DNA from: an uncultured Verrucomicrobiae bacterium
GTDB taxonomy: Bacteria; Verrucomicrobiota; Verrucomicrobiia; Limisphaerales; J093
DNA length: 64,000 bases
Direction of reading: 5' to 3'
NCBI GenBank assembly: GCA_937946835.1
Contig: CALFAV010000004.1
Location: forward strand, 8,787-72,786
Shown here: positions 46,882-57,187 of the stretch, one piece after another
Position numbering within the stretch: the stretch's first letter is position 1
Layout: the number at the start of each line of letters is the position of its first letter
Notes under the pieces: model-generated
Told to the model about the DNA's origin: nothing
What the model saw: only the letters and a program-made list of their open reading frames with translations
Database searches by the model: none
Position numbers and translations under genes: made by a program

Positions 46882-48531
46882 ATGCGTGGAAGCTGGTGGT
46901 GGCTGGGGTTGCTGCTCGTGTGGGAGGCGTCGGGGGCCTCCGGCCGGTGGGTGCGGGAATACGTGTTGGAACTGGCGCCGGAAAGCGCGGCCGACCGTGC
47001 CTGGCGTCACCAGCGCGTGGCCGAGCGCCGCGCCGGACCGATCCTCATGGTGCACCGGGGCGCGGCGGCCGCCGCGGGCGAAAACACCCTGCAGGCCTAC
47101 GCCACGGCTCTGGACTGGGGGGCCGACGGGCTGGAGGTGGACGTGCGGCGCACGCGCGACGGGGTGTTGGTGCTGTTTCACGACGAGCACCTGGACCGCC
47201 TCACGCACGGCCTGGGCACGATCGCGCACCTCACCGCCGGCGAGGTGCTCGCGCTCCCGCCCCGGATGGCCTTCGGGCGCGCCGCCGGCGGTACCGTGCC
47301 CGGCTTCGTGCAACTGCTGGACCTGGTGCGCCAGCGCGCGGCGCTGCTGCACCTGGACCTCAAGGAGCCCGGACTCGAGGAGGAGATCATGCGCTGGCTG
47401 GATGCGGCCGATGTCTGGGACCACGTCGTGGCGGTGAACGAGGCCAACGCGCCCCGCCTGTGCCGGGATCCGCGCCTGCGGCTGCTGCGCTACAAGGCCC
47501 CCGGGTTGTACGTGGGCCGACGGGACATGGACCCGGACGCGGTCCGGGCGGCGCTGCGCCAGCCCGGGGAGATGATCCTGGTGGATGATCCCCGCGTGGC
47601 GGCGTGGGTGCTGGAGCGGCCGCGCTACCGGCCGGTGCCGGTGCTGCGCACCTTCCGGCTGGTGCCGCAACCGGACCCGCCGCCCCCCGCGGGGGAGGGC
47701 GAACCCTTCAATCCCGCCGCCCATGTGGCCGCGCTGGCGCGGGAAATCCCGCCCGGCTCGGCGCTGGCGTTGTTGCGCTTGATCCAGGGCCCGGTCTTCA
47801 CCCCGGCCCGGGCCGGAGCGGATCGGGCGGTCCCGGAGCGCCCGCCGGAGCTCGCCGCTGCGCGGATCGTGGAACGCGCCTGGGCGGCGGACCAGTTGGG
47901 CGCCCTGGGCCGACGGCATCGCGATGTGGTGCGGGCTTTGGAAGAGCTGGTGCGCCGGCCCACGCCGCACCCGGACTGGCATTACCACGCCCTGGACGGG
48001 GCGCTGGCCGCGCGGGCGCTGGGGCGGTTGGGAAATGCGGCCTCGGTTCCGGTCCTGGTGGAGGCGTTGCAAAGGCGGGTGGCCCGCTGGCCGGAGGCCG
48101 GGGCGGCCGGAGCGGGGACGAACCTGGCCGCCTGGGCCGAGGCGCGGTTTGCGGCGCATCTCCTGGCCGCGCTGGGCGACCTGCGGTGCCGGGCGGCGCG
48201 GCGGTTTTTGCGGGAGTCCCTGGCCCCGGAGCACCCGGCCCCGCCGGTGGGGGGCGCGTGGTTGTGGGAGGACGCCGCCCGGGCGTTGCTGCAACAGCGC
48301 TTGAGCGAGGCCGACCTGCGGGCCCTGCTGCGGCACCCGGAGTCGGCGGTGCGGGGGAGCGCGATTTTGGAATGCGTGGACCGGCCCGACCCCGCCCGCC
48401 GCCGGGCACTGGCCGCAGAGGCCGCCTGGGCGTTGAACCTGCCCCCTGCTCCGGCCCTGCCCCCGCCCCCGGCGCCGCCGCCCCGGTTGGTGCGCGCGGG
48501 GGTGAACGCCCCACCCAAGGGCGCGCCCTGA
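46882..48531 (+). CDS. Glycerophosphodiester phosphodiesterase domain protein with C-terminal HEAT-like repeats, secreted
   Basis: 549 aa with a signal peptide. GDPD block '[51 protein letters not shown]' and HEAT/PBS-lyase-like '[21 protein letters not shown]'. Confidence 0.8.
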   Translation: MRGSWWWLGLLLVWEASGASGRWVREYVLELAPESAADRAWRHQRVAERRAGPILMVHRGAAAAAGENTLQAYATALDWGADGLEVDVRRTRDGVLVLFHDEHLDRLTHGLGTIAHLTAGEVLALPPRMAFGRAAGGTVPGFVQLLDLVRQRAALLHLDLKEPGLEEEIMRWLDAADVWDHVVAVNEANAPRLCRDPRLRLLRYKAPGLYVGRRDMDPDAVRAALRQPGEMILVDDPRVAAWVLERPRYRPVPVLRTFRLVPQPDPPPPAGEGEPFNPAAHVAALAREIPPGSALALLRLIQGPVFTPARAGADRAVPERPPELAAARIVERAWAADQLGALGRRHRDVVRALEELVRRPTPHPDWHYHALDGALAARALGRLGNAASVPVLVEALQRRVARWPEAGAAGAGTNLAAWAEARFAAHLLAALGDLRCRAARRFLRESLAPEHPAPPVGGAWLWEDAARALLQQRLSEADLRALLRHPESAVRGSAILECVDRPDPARRRALAAEAAWALNLPPAPALPPPPAPPPRLVRAGVNAPPKGAP

Positions 48532-48572
48532 AAGGCGTCGCTTTTCCGGCCCCTTCCGGGCAGACTCGACCC

Positions 48573-49934
48573 GTGCGGACGTTGATCAAGCATCTGCTGG
48601 CGGCCAAGGAGCCGCGCGCCGGGGTGCTGGTGCAGGGATGGGTGCGCACCCGGCGCGACGCGAAGGGCTTTTCCTTTGTCGAGGTCAACGACGGGTCGTG
48701 TCTGGCCCACGTGCAGGTGGTGGTGGACGCGACCATCCCCGGCGCGGAACACCTGGCCGAGGTGACCACGGGGGCCTCGGTCAGCGTGGTGGGCGACCTG
48801 GTGCCCTCGCCCGCCGCGGGGCAACAGTGGGAATTGCGCGCCACACGGCTCGAGTTGGTGGGGCCGGCGGACGCCACATACCCGCTCCAGAAAAAGGGCC
48901 ACTCGCTGGAGTTTCTCCGGACCATTGCCCACCTGCGGCCGCGCTCGAACCTGTTCGGGGCGGTGTTTCGGACCCGCAGCCGGCTGGCCCACGCGGTGCA
49001 CCGGTTTTTTCAGGAGCGGGACTTCGTGTACGTGCACACCCCGATCATCACCACCAGCGACTGCGAAGGGGCGGGCGAGATGTTCCGGGTGACGACGCTG
49101 CGGGGAGACATTGACCGGGCGCCGGAGCGGGACTTCTTCGGCCGGCGCGCGTACCTGACGGTGAGCGGGCAGCTCGAGGCGGAGGCGCTGGCCTGTGCGC
49201 TGTCCAACGTGTACACCTTCGGGCCGACCTTCCGGGCCGAGAACTCGAACACCGCCCGCCACGCCGCCGAGTTCTGGATGATCGAGCCGGAGATGGCGTT
49301 TTGCGATCTGGCCGCAGACATGGACCTGGCCGAGACGTTCATCAAGGCCATGGCCCGGGCGATGTGGGAGGACTGCGCCGAGGACCTGGGGTTGTTCGAG
49401 AAATTCGTGGACCGCGAGGTCCGGCGCCGGCTGGAATTCGTGGTCGAGCGGCCGTTCCAGCGCGTGCCGTACGCGGAGGCGGTGGAAATTTTGCAACGGG
49501 CCGGCCGTTCATTTGAGTTTCCGGTCGAACCCGGAGCGCACCTGCAGTCGGAGCACGAGCGTTATCTGACCGAAGAGCACTTCCGGGCGCCGGTCACCGT
49601 GTTCAACTACCCGCGGGCGATCAAACCGTTTTACATGCGCCTGAACGAGGACGGCCGGACCGTGGCGGCGATGGACCTGTTGGTGCCGGGCATCGGTGAG
49701 GTGATCGGCGGTTCGCAGCGCGAGGAGCGGCTGGATCAGTTGCTGGACAACCTGCGGTTCCACCACCTGGAGCCCGCCGACTACGCCTGGTACGTGGACC
49801 TGCGGCGGTACGGCACGGTGCCGCACGCGGGCTTCGGGCTGGGGTTCGAGCGGTTGCTCATGTTTCTGACCGGGGTGGGCAACATCCGGGATGTGATCCC
49901 CTTCGCCCGCACGCCGGGGCACGCGGAGTTTTGA
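48573..49934 (+). CDS. asnS: Asparagine--tRNA ligase
   Basis: 453 aa from GTG 48573. OB-fold '[23 protein letters not shown]' and class II motifs '[25 protein letters not shown]' and '[11 protein letters not shown]'. The upstream 323 codons of the track ORF overlap the GDPD gene out of frame. Confidence 0.93.
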   Translation: MRTLIKHLLAAKEPRAGVLVQGWVRTRRDAKGFSFVEVNDGSCLAHVQVVVDATIPGAEHLAEVTTGASVSVVGDLVPSPAAGQQWELRATRLELVGPADATYPLQKKGHSLEFLRTIAHLRPRSNLFGAVFRTRSRLAHAVHRFFQERDFVYVHTPIITTSDCEGAGEMFRVTTLRGDIDRAPERDFFGRRAYLTVSGQLEAEALACALSNVYTFGPTFRAENSNTARHAAEFWMIEPEMAFCDLAADMDLAETFIKAMARAMWEDCAEDLGLFEKFVDREVRRRLEFVVERPFQRVPYAEAVEILQRAGRSFEFPVEPGAHLQSEHERYLTEEHFRAPVTVFNYPRAIKPFYMRLNEDGRTVAAMDLLVPGIGEVIGGSQREERLDQLLDNLRFHHLEPADYAWYVDLRRYGTVPHAGFGLGFERLLMFLTGVGNIRDVIPFARTPGHAEF

Positions 49935-49984
49935 GCCGGCCGCCACCCGGGCCTCCCTTCACCGCAGCCGCTGCTCGAGTTTTT

Positions 49985-50641
49985 ATGAGCGCCAGTCCCG
50001 AGCAACTGTTCACCAACAACCGCGCCTGGGCCGAGACCCTGCGCGCGCGCCAACCGGATTTCTTTGCCCGGCTGGCCCGGCAGCAGCGGCCCGAGTACCT
50101 GTGGATCGGGTGCGCCGACAGCCGCGTGCCGGCCAACGAAATTGTGGGGCTCCTGCCGGGGGAACTCTTCGTCCACCGCAACATCGCCAACGTGGTGATC
50201 CCGACCGACCTCAACGTGCTTTCCGTGCTTCAGTTCGCGGTGGACCGGTTGCAGGTGAAGCACGTGATCGTGTGCGGGCATTACGGGTGCAGCGGCGTGC
50301 GCGCGGCCCTGCGTGGGGAGCGGGTGGGGCTGGCGGACTTGTGGCTGCGTCACGTCCAGGATGTGCGCGCAAAATACGCGGCGCGCCTGGCCGCGCTGCC
50401 GGATGAGGAAACGCAGTCCCGGCGGCTGTGCGAGCTGAATGTGATCGAGCAGGCGGTCCACGTGGCCCAAACCCCGGTGGTGAATGATGCCTGGGCGCGC
50501 GGTCAGCCCCTCACCGTGCACGGCTGGATTTACGGCATCGAAGACGGATTGCTCCGCAACCTCGGTGTCCGATGGACTGCCCCGGGAGACCTGGCCCACC
50601 GGGACGGGGTCATCGAAGAAGTGTTCGCGCGCCGCGATTGA
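49985..50641 (+). CDS. can: Beta-class carbonic anhydrase
   Basis: 218 aa from ATG 49985 with 'YLWIGCADSRVPANEI', 'FVHRNIANVV' and 'VIVCGHYGCSGV'. Confidence 0.9.
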   Translation: MSASPEQLFTNNRAWAETLRARQPDFFARLARQQRPEYLWIGCADSRVPANEIVGLLPGELFVHRNIANVVIPTDLNVLSVLQFAVDRLQVKHVIVCGHYGCSGVRAALRGERVGLADLWLRHVQDVRAKYAARLAALPDEETQSRRLCELNVIEQAVHVAQTPVVNDAWARGQPLTVHGWIYGIEDGLLRNLGVRWTAPGDLAHRDGVIEEVFARRD

Positions 50642-50692
50642 TCAACCCGCTGGACGGCCGCCCCTCTGCGTCCGCAAAGGAACCCGGGGGCG

Positions 50693-51175
50693 TTATTTTT
50701 GGGGATGGGAGATGACCACAAACCAGGCGTCGCCGAACTTTTCCTTGGAATCCCCCGCCAATACGGCCAGCTCGCCCTGGCGCAGGGCCTGCAGGGACTG
50801 GCGCACGGTCTTGGCCAACTTGCCCTCGCCGAAGAGTTTGATCTCGAGGGTGAAGTCGTCCACCAGCTTGAATTCCAGCTCGCACTTTTCACTCAGACGC
50901 ACGTGGCTTTCCTTGCCGGGCACCACGCACACCTCCACGGCTTTGACCTGGTAGTAATTCCGCCATTTGAACACCCGCGCCAGGCGCTCGCGAATGGCCG
51001 GGTCCACTTCGGTGCATTTGCCGTCGTCGGGCTTGGGGTCGTTGGTCCCCCAGATGAGCCGGGTGTGCAGTTTCAACTCCATCCCCCGGGCAGGGATTGG
51101 CATCCCCAGGATCAGGGGCAGACAAACAACCAGCGCCCACCCGCGGCGGGAAAGGAGGGAAGAACTGCGGCTCAT
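50693..51175 (-). CDS. Small secreted hypothetical protein, last gene of the ECF sigma operon
   Basis: 160 aa with signal peptide 'MSRSSSLLSRRGWALVVCLPLILGMPIPARG'. Lys/Glu-rich mature part and lower GC than neighbouring genes. I recognise no family. Confidence 0.65.
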   Translation of the reverse strand: MSRSSSLLSRRGWALVVCLPLILGMPIPARGMELKLHTRLIWGTNDPKPDDGKCTEVDPAIRERLARVFKWRNYYQVKAVEVCVVPGKESHVRLSEKCELEFKLVDDFTLEIKLFGEGKLAKTVRQSLQALRQGELAVLAGDSKEKFGDAWFVVISHPQK

Positions 51176-51215
51176 AGGGGTTGCAATCTGGGGGAAGAAG
51201 GGCCCGGGGCCGGTC

Positions 51216-51683
51216 TCAAAGGCTATTGACCCAAACCACCGTCATTTGTTCGGACTCGGAGCGAAAGGTGTAGGTGCCGATTTCCTCGGTGGGCGTTTCG
51301 ATCTCGGGGGGACGTGCGGCGGCGCGGGATGCGGTCTCCCAGCGGGGCCACAGCCACAACACCAGCAGCCCCGCGCACGCCGCCGCCGGGGCGAGCCACG
51401 CCAACCAGCGGCGCCAGGCGGCGAAAACCCGGCCGGGGGCGGAGACCGGATGATCCCGGGGCACCAGGCGCCGGGCGATCTGGGACCAGTAAAACTCGCG
51501 GCTCTCGGGCACCGGGTGCGTCACCTCCCCGGCGGCCAGCCACCGGCGGGTGAGCGTCAGTTCCCGAACCAACGCGGCCGCCTGCGGGTCCCGTTCCACC
51601 AGACGCTCCACCTCCGGGGCGTCGGCCGCGGGCAGTTCGCCGTCGAGCCATGCCTGGAGTTTCAACTGGGTTTCCCGCGTCAT
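51216..51683 (-). CDS. Anti-sigma factor (single-pass)
   Basis: 155 aa with an ATGA overlap onto the upstream sigma gene. Anti-sigma-like N-terminus 'LKLQAWLDGELPAADAPEVERLVERDPQAAALVREL' and TM helix 'WLAWLAPAAACAGLLVLWLW'. Confidence 0.7.
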   Translation of the reverse strand: MTRETQLKLQAWLDGELPAADAPEVERLVERDPQAAALVRELTLTRRWLAAGEVTHPVPESREFYWSQIARRLVPRDHPVSAPGRVFAAWRRWLAWLAPAAACAGLLVLWLWPRWETASRAAARPPEIETPTEEIGTYTFRSESEQMTVVWVNSL

Positions 51684-52282
51684 GGTTTGCGCTCTTCTTT
51701 CAATCCGGCCAGCAACGCCGCCAGCCGGCGGCGCGCGTAAAACAGGCGCGACATGATGGTGCCGATCGAGCACCCCATGCGCTTCGCGCATTCCTTGTAT
51801 TCCAGACCCTCAAATTCATGCAAGATCAGGACGGTGCGGTGCGCCTCGGAAAGCTGGCGCAGGCCCGCTTCGATTCGGGCGCGCAATTCGGCCCGGTCCA
51901 GGCCGGCAAGCATGTCCACCTGCACCGGCGGCAGGTGACGTTCCACTCCGCCGCTTTCCTCGGCCATTTGTTCGATGGACTCGGCATGGAGTCGTTTTTG
52001 CCGGCGCAGCGCGTCCAGACAGATGTTGATCACGATGCGCGTGATCCAGGTGGCGAAGCTGGACTCGCCCTGAAACTGTCCCAGCCGCTGCCACGCCTTG
52101 ATCCAGGCTTCCTGCGAGAGCTCCAGCGCGTCGGTCTCGTTGCGCATCATGCTCAACGCCCGGGAGTACACTTTGTCCCGGTGGCGGGCCACCAGCTCCT
52201 CAAACGCCAGCGTGTCGCCCTGCTGGGCCAGTTGGACCAGGGTCGGATCGCTGGCGTTGGGGTAGTCCGGCGCGCGCGACAT
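51680..52282 (-). CDS. ECF-type RNA polymerase sigma-70 factor
   Basis: 200 aa with 'LVQLAQQGDTLAFEELVARHRDKVYSRAL...ALELSQEAWIKAWQRL.QF...SSFATWITRIVIN' and region 4 'VLILHEFEGLEYKECAKRMGCSIGTIMSRLFYARRRL'. Confidence 0.9.
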   Translation of the reverse strand: MSRAPDYPNASDPTLVQLAQQGDTLAFEELVARHRDKVYSRALSMMRNETDALELSQEAWIKAWQRLGQFQGESSFATWITRIVINICLDALRRQKRLHAESIEQMAEESGGVERHLPPVQVDMLAGLDRAELRARIEAGLRQLSEAHRTVLILHEFEGLEYKECAKRMGCSIGTIMSRLFYARRRLAALLAGLKEERKP

Positions 52283-52329
52283 GGGCTTGGACGGGTGGGC
52301 CGCGAAGGCCTATTCAAGCCGCCTTCGGG

Positions 52330-52989
52330 TCAGAGACGGCCCTTGGTGCTGGGAATCTGCCCGCCCAGGCGCGGGTCGTGTTGGCAGGCGGCGTCGCAGG
52401 CGCGGGCGAAGGCCTTGAAGAGTGCCTCGACGATGTGGTGCGGCTCGTCTCCGTAAAGCAGTTCCAGGTGCAGGTTGCACCGGGCTTCGTTCGCAAACGC
52501 CTGGAAAAACTCCCGCGCCAGCCCGAACCGGAAGGCGGTGGCCGCGTCCTGCTGCCGCTCCGCCCGCACCACTTTGTAGGCCAGCCGGTCCAGGCCGCGC
52601 CACACCAGGTGGGGCCGACCACCGAAGTCCACCACGCACCGGGCCAGGCACTCGTCCATGGGTACGTACGCCTCGCCGGTGAACGGGTTGCGCGGGTCAA
52701 AGCCCGTGCCGTAACGGCGGATGCCGCTCTTGTCGCCGAGCGCCTCGCGGAACGCCTGCCCCAGCGCCAGTCCGCAGTCTTCCACGGTGTGGTGTGCATC
52801 CACCGCCAGGTCACCCCGGCAGCGCAGCTTCAGGTCCACCACCGCGTGCCGGGCGAACAACGTAAGCATGTGATCGAAAAACGGGATGCCGGTGGCGATG
52901 TCCCCCCGGCCCCGGCCGTCGAGGTTCAAGTCCACCCGGATGCGCGTCTCGAGGGTGTCGCGCCGGACCCGGGCGCGTCGCGGTTGCAT
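52330..52989 (-). CDS. hisB: Imidazoleglycerol-phosphate dehydratase
   Basis: 219 aa from ATG 52989 with 'RDTLETRIRVDLNLDG', 'GIPFFDHMLTLFARH', 'DAHHTVEDCGLALG' and 'EPHHIVEALFKAFARA'. Confidence 0.9.
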   Translation of the reverse strand: MQPRRARVRRDTLETRIRVDLNLDGRGRGDIATGIPFFDHMLTLFARHAVVDLKLRCRGDLAVDAHHTVEDCGLALGQAFREALGDKSGIRRYGTGFDPRNPFTGEAYVPMDECLARCVVDFGGRPHLVWRGLDRLAYKVVRAERQQDAATAFRFGLAREFFQAFANEARCNLHLELLYGDEPHHIVEALFKAFARACDAACQHDPRLGGQIPSTKGRL

Positions 52990-53248
52990 GGCGGGGCATT
53001 GAACACTCCCCGGCTCGGAAAACAAAGTCCAAACCGGCCGCGCGCCCCGCCGGGTGGAAATTATCTTGTCGCAACCGCGGAACCGGAGCTTAATGCGGGT
53101 GGATTTTGCCAGGGTCCGTGGAACGCCGACGGGCAAACCCCGCCAGGGCCGGAAGGCAGCAACGGTAGTCCGCTTGGCGTCTGCCGCGGTCACCCTGGCA
53201 TTCTTTCTGCCTCCGCGGGAGCCTGCTTGAACGCGGAGGCGCGCGGGA

Positions 53249-54028
53249 TCAGCCGCCCCGCAACAGTGCCAGGAATCGCAACGCGTCCGGGCGCATCGAG
53301 AGGTTGTTAAACAGACACCACCCCGTCGCCCCGGACCGCCGCACCAGGTCACGCAGCCAGACCAATTCCTCGTCGGTGTACCGGTGCCGGTAACCGCCGC
53401 GCCCGTGCAGCCGAAAGTAGAACGGCGCGCGGGTGACCGGCAGCCGCACCCACGGATCCACCACGTGGATCAGCCCCAGTTCCTCACACAAGGCCCGCAC
53501 CAGGGCGTCGGGCCAGACCCCGCGCGGTTCCCAGCCCAACAGCGGCGGGGGCGCGGCCGGGTCGGATAAACCGCGCCGGGCCCGTTGGAAAAAGTGGCGC
53601 AGGTGGTCCACATGCTCCGGACTCGGGTCAAACGAGGCCGGGCATTGGAACACCACCACCGGGGCGCGGAGTACCCGGGCGATCGCCTGCGTGCGTTCCC
53701 AGGCCGCCCACACCTCCGCCGATGGCCGGAATGCGCCCACCCGCTCGGCCGCGCCCGCCGGCAGGGCATGTCGCAACCGGCGATAAGTGGGCGAGGAGGC
53801 CTCATGGGTGATCAGTTGCCAGGCCTTGAGCGTGAACTCGAAGTCCGGGGGCGCCCGCTCGCGCCAGCGCGCCGCCGTCTCCGGCTCCGGTGGCTCGTAA
53901 AAGGTCTGCTGCACCTCCACCACCGGGAAATCCCGGAAGGACGCCACCTGTGCCCCGGCAAAACCGCAACAACCCACCCGCACCGCCGGGACCGGCGGGT
54001 GGTTCTCCGGCCGCGAGGGACGTCCCAC
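53249..54028 (-). CDS. DUF72 (UPF0759) family protein
   Basis: 259 aa with 'VRVGCCGFAG....F.VVEVQQTFYEPPEPETAARWRERAPPDFEFTLKAWQLITH' and 'YFRLHG'. Confidence 0.85.
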   Translation of the reverse strand: MGRPSRPENHPPVPAVRVGCCGFAGAQVASFRDFPVVEVQQTFYEPPEPETAARWRERAPPDFEFTLKAWQLITHEASSPTYRRLRHALPAGAAERVGAFRPSAEVWAAWERTQAIARVLRAPVVVFQCPASFDPSPEHVDHLRHFFQRARRGLSDPAAPPPLLGWEPRGVWPDALVRALCEELGLIHVVDPWVRLPVTRAPFYFRLHGRGGYRHRYTDEELVWLRDLVRRSGATGWCLFNNLSMRPDALRFLALLRGG

Positions 54029-54242
54029 GGGAAAAACCTGGTTTGGTTTCCCGGTTGGGGCAAGCCCGCCGGCCTTCTCCCCGCCGGCCCCGGGCAGGTC
54101 TTCCCCCGCTCAGCCACCGCCGGCCCGGGGGCATATTTGCTTCCTGAGTGGGTTGACGCAGCGGGCCGGGTTCGCTACCAAGGCACCAATACCGAGAGCC
54201 TTGAACCCGGCCGGCCCCGCCGGCCGCACCGTTGGTTGGATT

Positions 54243-54818
54243 ATGGAAACGGTCCTGCCCTCCGAATTCAAACGTGGCATGGTCCTGCTGCTGGACGGGA
54301 CGCCCTACGTGATCGAGGAATTCCACGTCGTCGGCACCGCCCAAACCAAACACAAACTGCACACCCGGTTGCGGCACTTGAAAACCGGGCGGTTGGTGGA
54401 CCAGACCTTCACCGACGGCGAACGCGTGCCGGTGGCCGAAGTGCAACACCGCCGTGTCCAGTTCAGCTACCACCAGGGCGAGGACTTCGTGTTTTCAGAC
54501 ATCGAAACCTACGATGAGCTGACCCTCACCCGCGAGCAGATCGGCGACCGCCGGGACTTCATCAAGGAAAACGAGGAGTACCGCGCCCTGATGCTGGATG
54601 GGCGGTTGGTGGACATCGTGCTGCCCCCCAGTGTCACGCTGGAAGTGGTGGAAACCGCGCCGCCCATTCGTGGCGGTTCGGACGCCACCTGGAAGCCGGC
54701 CCGCCTCGAGACCGGCCTGGAAATCATGGTGCCGTTGTTCATTGCCCCGGGTGAAAAAATCCGCGTGGACACCGCCACGCGGAAATACGTCGGGCGTGAG
54801 AGCGAGGCGAAGAAATAA
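54243..54818 (+). CDS. Elongation factor P family protein (EF-P-like / YeiP-EfpL-like)
   Basis: 191 aa from ATG 54243 with 'FKRGMVLLLDGTPYVIEEF', 'VQFSYHQGEDFVFSDIETYDELTL', 'LEVVETAPPIRGG' and 'LETGLEIMVPLFIAPGEKIRVDTATRKYVGR'. Confidence 0.88.
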   Translation: METVLPSEFKRGMVLLLDGTPYVIEEFHVVGTAQTKHKLHTRLRHLKTGRLVDQTFTDGERVPVAEVQHRRVQFSYHQGEDFVFSDIETYDELTLTREQIGDRRDFIKENEEYRALMLDGRLVDIVLPPSVTLEVVETAPPIRGGSDATWKPARLETGLEIMVPLFIAPGEKIRVDTATRKYVGRESEAKK

Positions 54819-54870
54819 CCCGCCCGGCCGGCCACAATCCACCGGGAACGCCCGCACCCGACCGGACCGG

Positions 54871-55536
54871 GTGTGGACCGGTCGCCGGGAGGCGTTCACG
54901 CTCATTGAGGTCCTGACCGTCCTGGCGGTGGTGAGCGTACTGGCGGCGTTGCTGCTGCCGGCTTTGAGCGGCGCCAAGCAGCGCGTGCACGCGGTCACCT
55001 GCCTCAACAATCTGCGCCAGTGGGGCCTGGCCACACAGCTTTATGCCGCCGACCACGACGATTTCCTTCCGCCCGACGGCGCGCCCAATCCCACCGATTC
55101 CTCCACGAACTTCGGTTGGTACATCCAGTTGCCCCGCGTGCTGGGCCTGCCGCGTTACCATGACATGCCCTGGCGGACCAATCCCACCGTGCAACCGGGA
55201 CCCTCGGTCTGGATTTGCCCGGCCAATCCCCGTCGCAGCAACGGCCGCAACCTGTTTCATTACTGCCTCAACGAACACGTCAACGGCACCGGGGAAGAAA
55301 ACCGGCCCGTGCGGCTGGCTTCCATCCCCGACCCGGTCCGCACGGTCTGGCTGTTCGACTCCAAGAACCTCCCCGCAGTGGGCTTCTGGAATTTCGTCCA
55401 CACCAACCTGCATCTGGGCGGGGCACAATTCACCTTCCTGGACGGCCATGCCCGACGTCTGCCACGGTCGGCTTACTGGGACCCCGCCACCGGGCAGCCC
55501 CGTCGGGAAAGCCCCGACCTGCGCTGGATACCTTGA
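54871..55536 (+). CDS. Prepilin-type N-terminal cleavage/methylation domain protein with C-terminal H-X9-DG motif
   Basis: 221 aa from GTG 54871. Contains 'AFTLIEVLTVLAVVSVLAALLLPAL..AK', 'CLNNLRQWGLA...YA.D' and C-terminal 'HLGGAQFTFLDGH' (H-x9-D-G). Confidence 0.85.
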   Translation: MWTGRREAFTLIEVLTVLAVVSVLAALLLPALSGAKQRVHAVTCLNNLRQWGLATQLYAADHDDFLPPDGAPNPTDSSTNFGWYIQLPRVLGLPRYHDMPWRTNPTVQPGPSVWICPANPRRSNGRNLFHYCLNEHVNGTGEENRPVRLASIPDPVRTVWLFDSKNLPAVGFWNFVHTNLHLGGAQFTFLDGHARRLPRSAYWDPATGQPRRESPDLRWIP

Positions 55537-55738
55537 ACCGCCCGGCCGACCGGCAGCCAAACAGCCCACGCTGGCCTGGCATGACCCAGGAAGCAGCCTG
55601 TGAAACGCGGGTTGTCGCCAGCGGTCGGCATGGAGCGTTTTGATACCCCGACCGGTCGGGTGCCCGGGCTCGTTGACCCCCGGACCACGCCGCAGGGCGA
55701 TTCCTCCTGCCAGACCGTACCGCCCCTGCCGCCCATTC

Positions 55739-57187
55739 TCAGCTTGCCGCCTGCGCCGCTTTCAGGTCGTTCCGCCGCTGGGCCATGCTCTTGAAAAACT
55801 CGTAGCCCTCGCGCAGCCGGCGCACGCAGACGTCCTTGTCCTCCAGCATGGTCTTGATGATGCGCAGAATCGGGCGCGCTCGCAGGTAGTAGCGGTGGTA
55901 AAACCGCTCCACCGCCTCGAATATCTCCTGCTTCGAGAGCCCCGGATACTCCAGCGCCGCGTCCTGGAAACCGTCCTCGTGCACAATATCGGTCTTGTCG
56001 CGCTTGGCGAACCACCCGTTGAGCCGCGCCTGCTCGTAAAGCTCCGTGCCCGGATACGGCGCGGCCAGCGACACCTGAATGCTGAACACGTCCAGCTCCT
56101 GCGCAAACCGGATCGTCTGCTCGATCGTCTCGCGCGTCTCCACCGGCAGCCCCAGAATGAACGTGCCGTGAATCACCACACCGGCTTTGTGGCAATCCTT
56201 CGTGAACCGCCGCATTTCCTCCGTCGTGACCCCCTTCTTGATGCGCCGCAGGATCTCGTCGTTGCCGCTTTCGTAGCCCACCAAAAACAGCCGCAGCCCG
56301 TTGTCCTTGAAGAACCGGATCGTGTCGTAGTCCAGGTTCGCCCGGCTGTTGCAACTCCAGGTCAGTCCCAGCGGGCCGAGTTTTCTCGCAATCTCACGGG
56401 CGCGGGGCAGGTTCGCCGTGAAGGTGTCGTCATCAAAGAAAAACTCCTTCACCTGCGGAAAGAGCCGCTGCATGTAGGCCATTTCGTCGGCGACGTTTTG
56501 CGGCGAGCGCACACGGTATTTGTGTCCGCCGATGGTCTGCGGCCAGAGGCAAAAGGTGCACTGCGCCGGGCAACCGCGGCCCGTGTAGAGGCTCACATAC
56601 GGATGCAGCAGGTAGCCGATGAAATACTTTTCGATCTGGAGGTCGCGCTTGTAAACGTCCGCCACCCACGGCAGCGCGTCCATGTCGGCGATCAGCTCCC
56701 GCTCGGGGTTGTGCCGGATGCGCCCGTCCCGGTCCTTGTAGGAAAGTCCGGCGATGGTTTCCAGCGGGCGGCCCTCGGCCACTTCCTTGCAGGTGTAATC
56801 GAATTCCTTGCGCCCGACCCAGTCAATCGCCCGCGAGGCCTTGAGCGTCTCGGTGGGCAGGACCGCCGCGTGCGCGCCCACGAAGCCGATCTTTGTGGTC
56901 GGTTTTTGATCCTTGATGGCCTCGGCCACCCGGCAGTCGTTTCGCAGCGAGGGCGTCGAGGTGTGGATGATGACGTGGTCAAAGTCCCGGGCGAGGCGCA
57001 GGCATTCGGTCAGGCCGATGCCGTGCGGCGGGCAATCCAGCAGGCGCGACTCGGGCACGAGCGCCGCCGGTTGCGCCAGCCAGGTCGGATACCAGAAGCT
57101 GGTGACCTCGCGCCGGGCCTGGTAGCGCGAGCCCGCCCCCCCGTCAAACCCCTCGAACGAGGGTGGATTTAGAAACAAGACGCTCAT
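55739..57187 (-). CDS. hpnJ: B12-binding radical SAM protein, HpnJ-like (hopanoid side-chain modification)
   Basis: 482 aa from ATG 57187. 'MSVLFLNPPSFEGFDGGAGSRYQARREVTSFWYPTWLAQPAAL' matches my memory of the HpnJ N-terminus. Radical SAM cluster 'YTGRGCPAQCTFC'. Lies next to hpnH. Confidence 0.82.
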   Translation of the reverse strand: MSVLFLNPPSFEGFDGGAGSRYQARREVTSFWYPTWLAQPAALVPESRLLDCPPHGIGLTECLRLARDFDHVIIHTSTPSLRNDCRVAEAIKDQKPTTKIGFVGAHAAVLPTETLKASRAIDWVGRKEFDYTCKEVAEGRPLETIAGLSYKDRDGRIRHNPERELIADMDALPWVADVYKRDLQIEKYFIGYLLHPYVSLYTGRGCPAQCTFCLWPQTIGGHKYRVRSPQNVADEMAYMQRLFPQVKEFFFDDDTFTANLPRAREIARKLGPLGLTWSCNSRANLDYDTIRFFKDNGLRLFLVGYESGNDEILRRIKKGVTTEEMRRFTKDCHKAGVVIHGTFILGLPVETRETIEQTIRFAQELDVFSIQVSLAAPYPGTELYEQARLNGWFAKRDKTDIVHEDGFQDAALEYPGLSKQEIFEAVERFYHRYYLRARPILRIIKTMLEDKDVCVRRLREGYEFFKSMAQRRNDLKAAQAAS

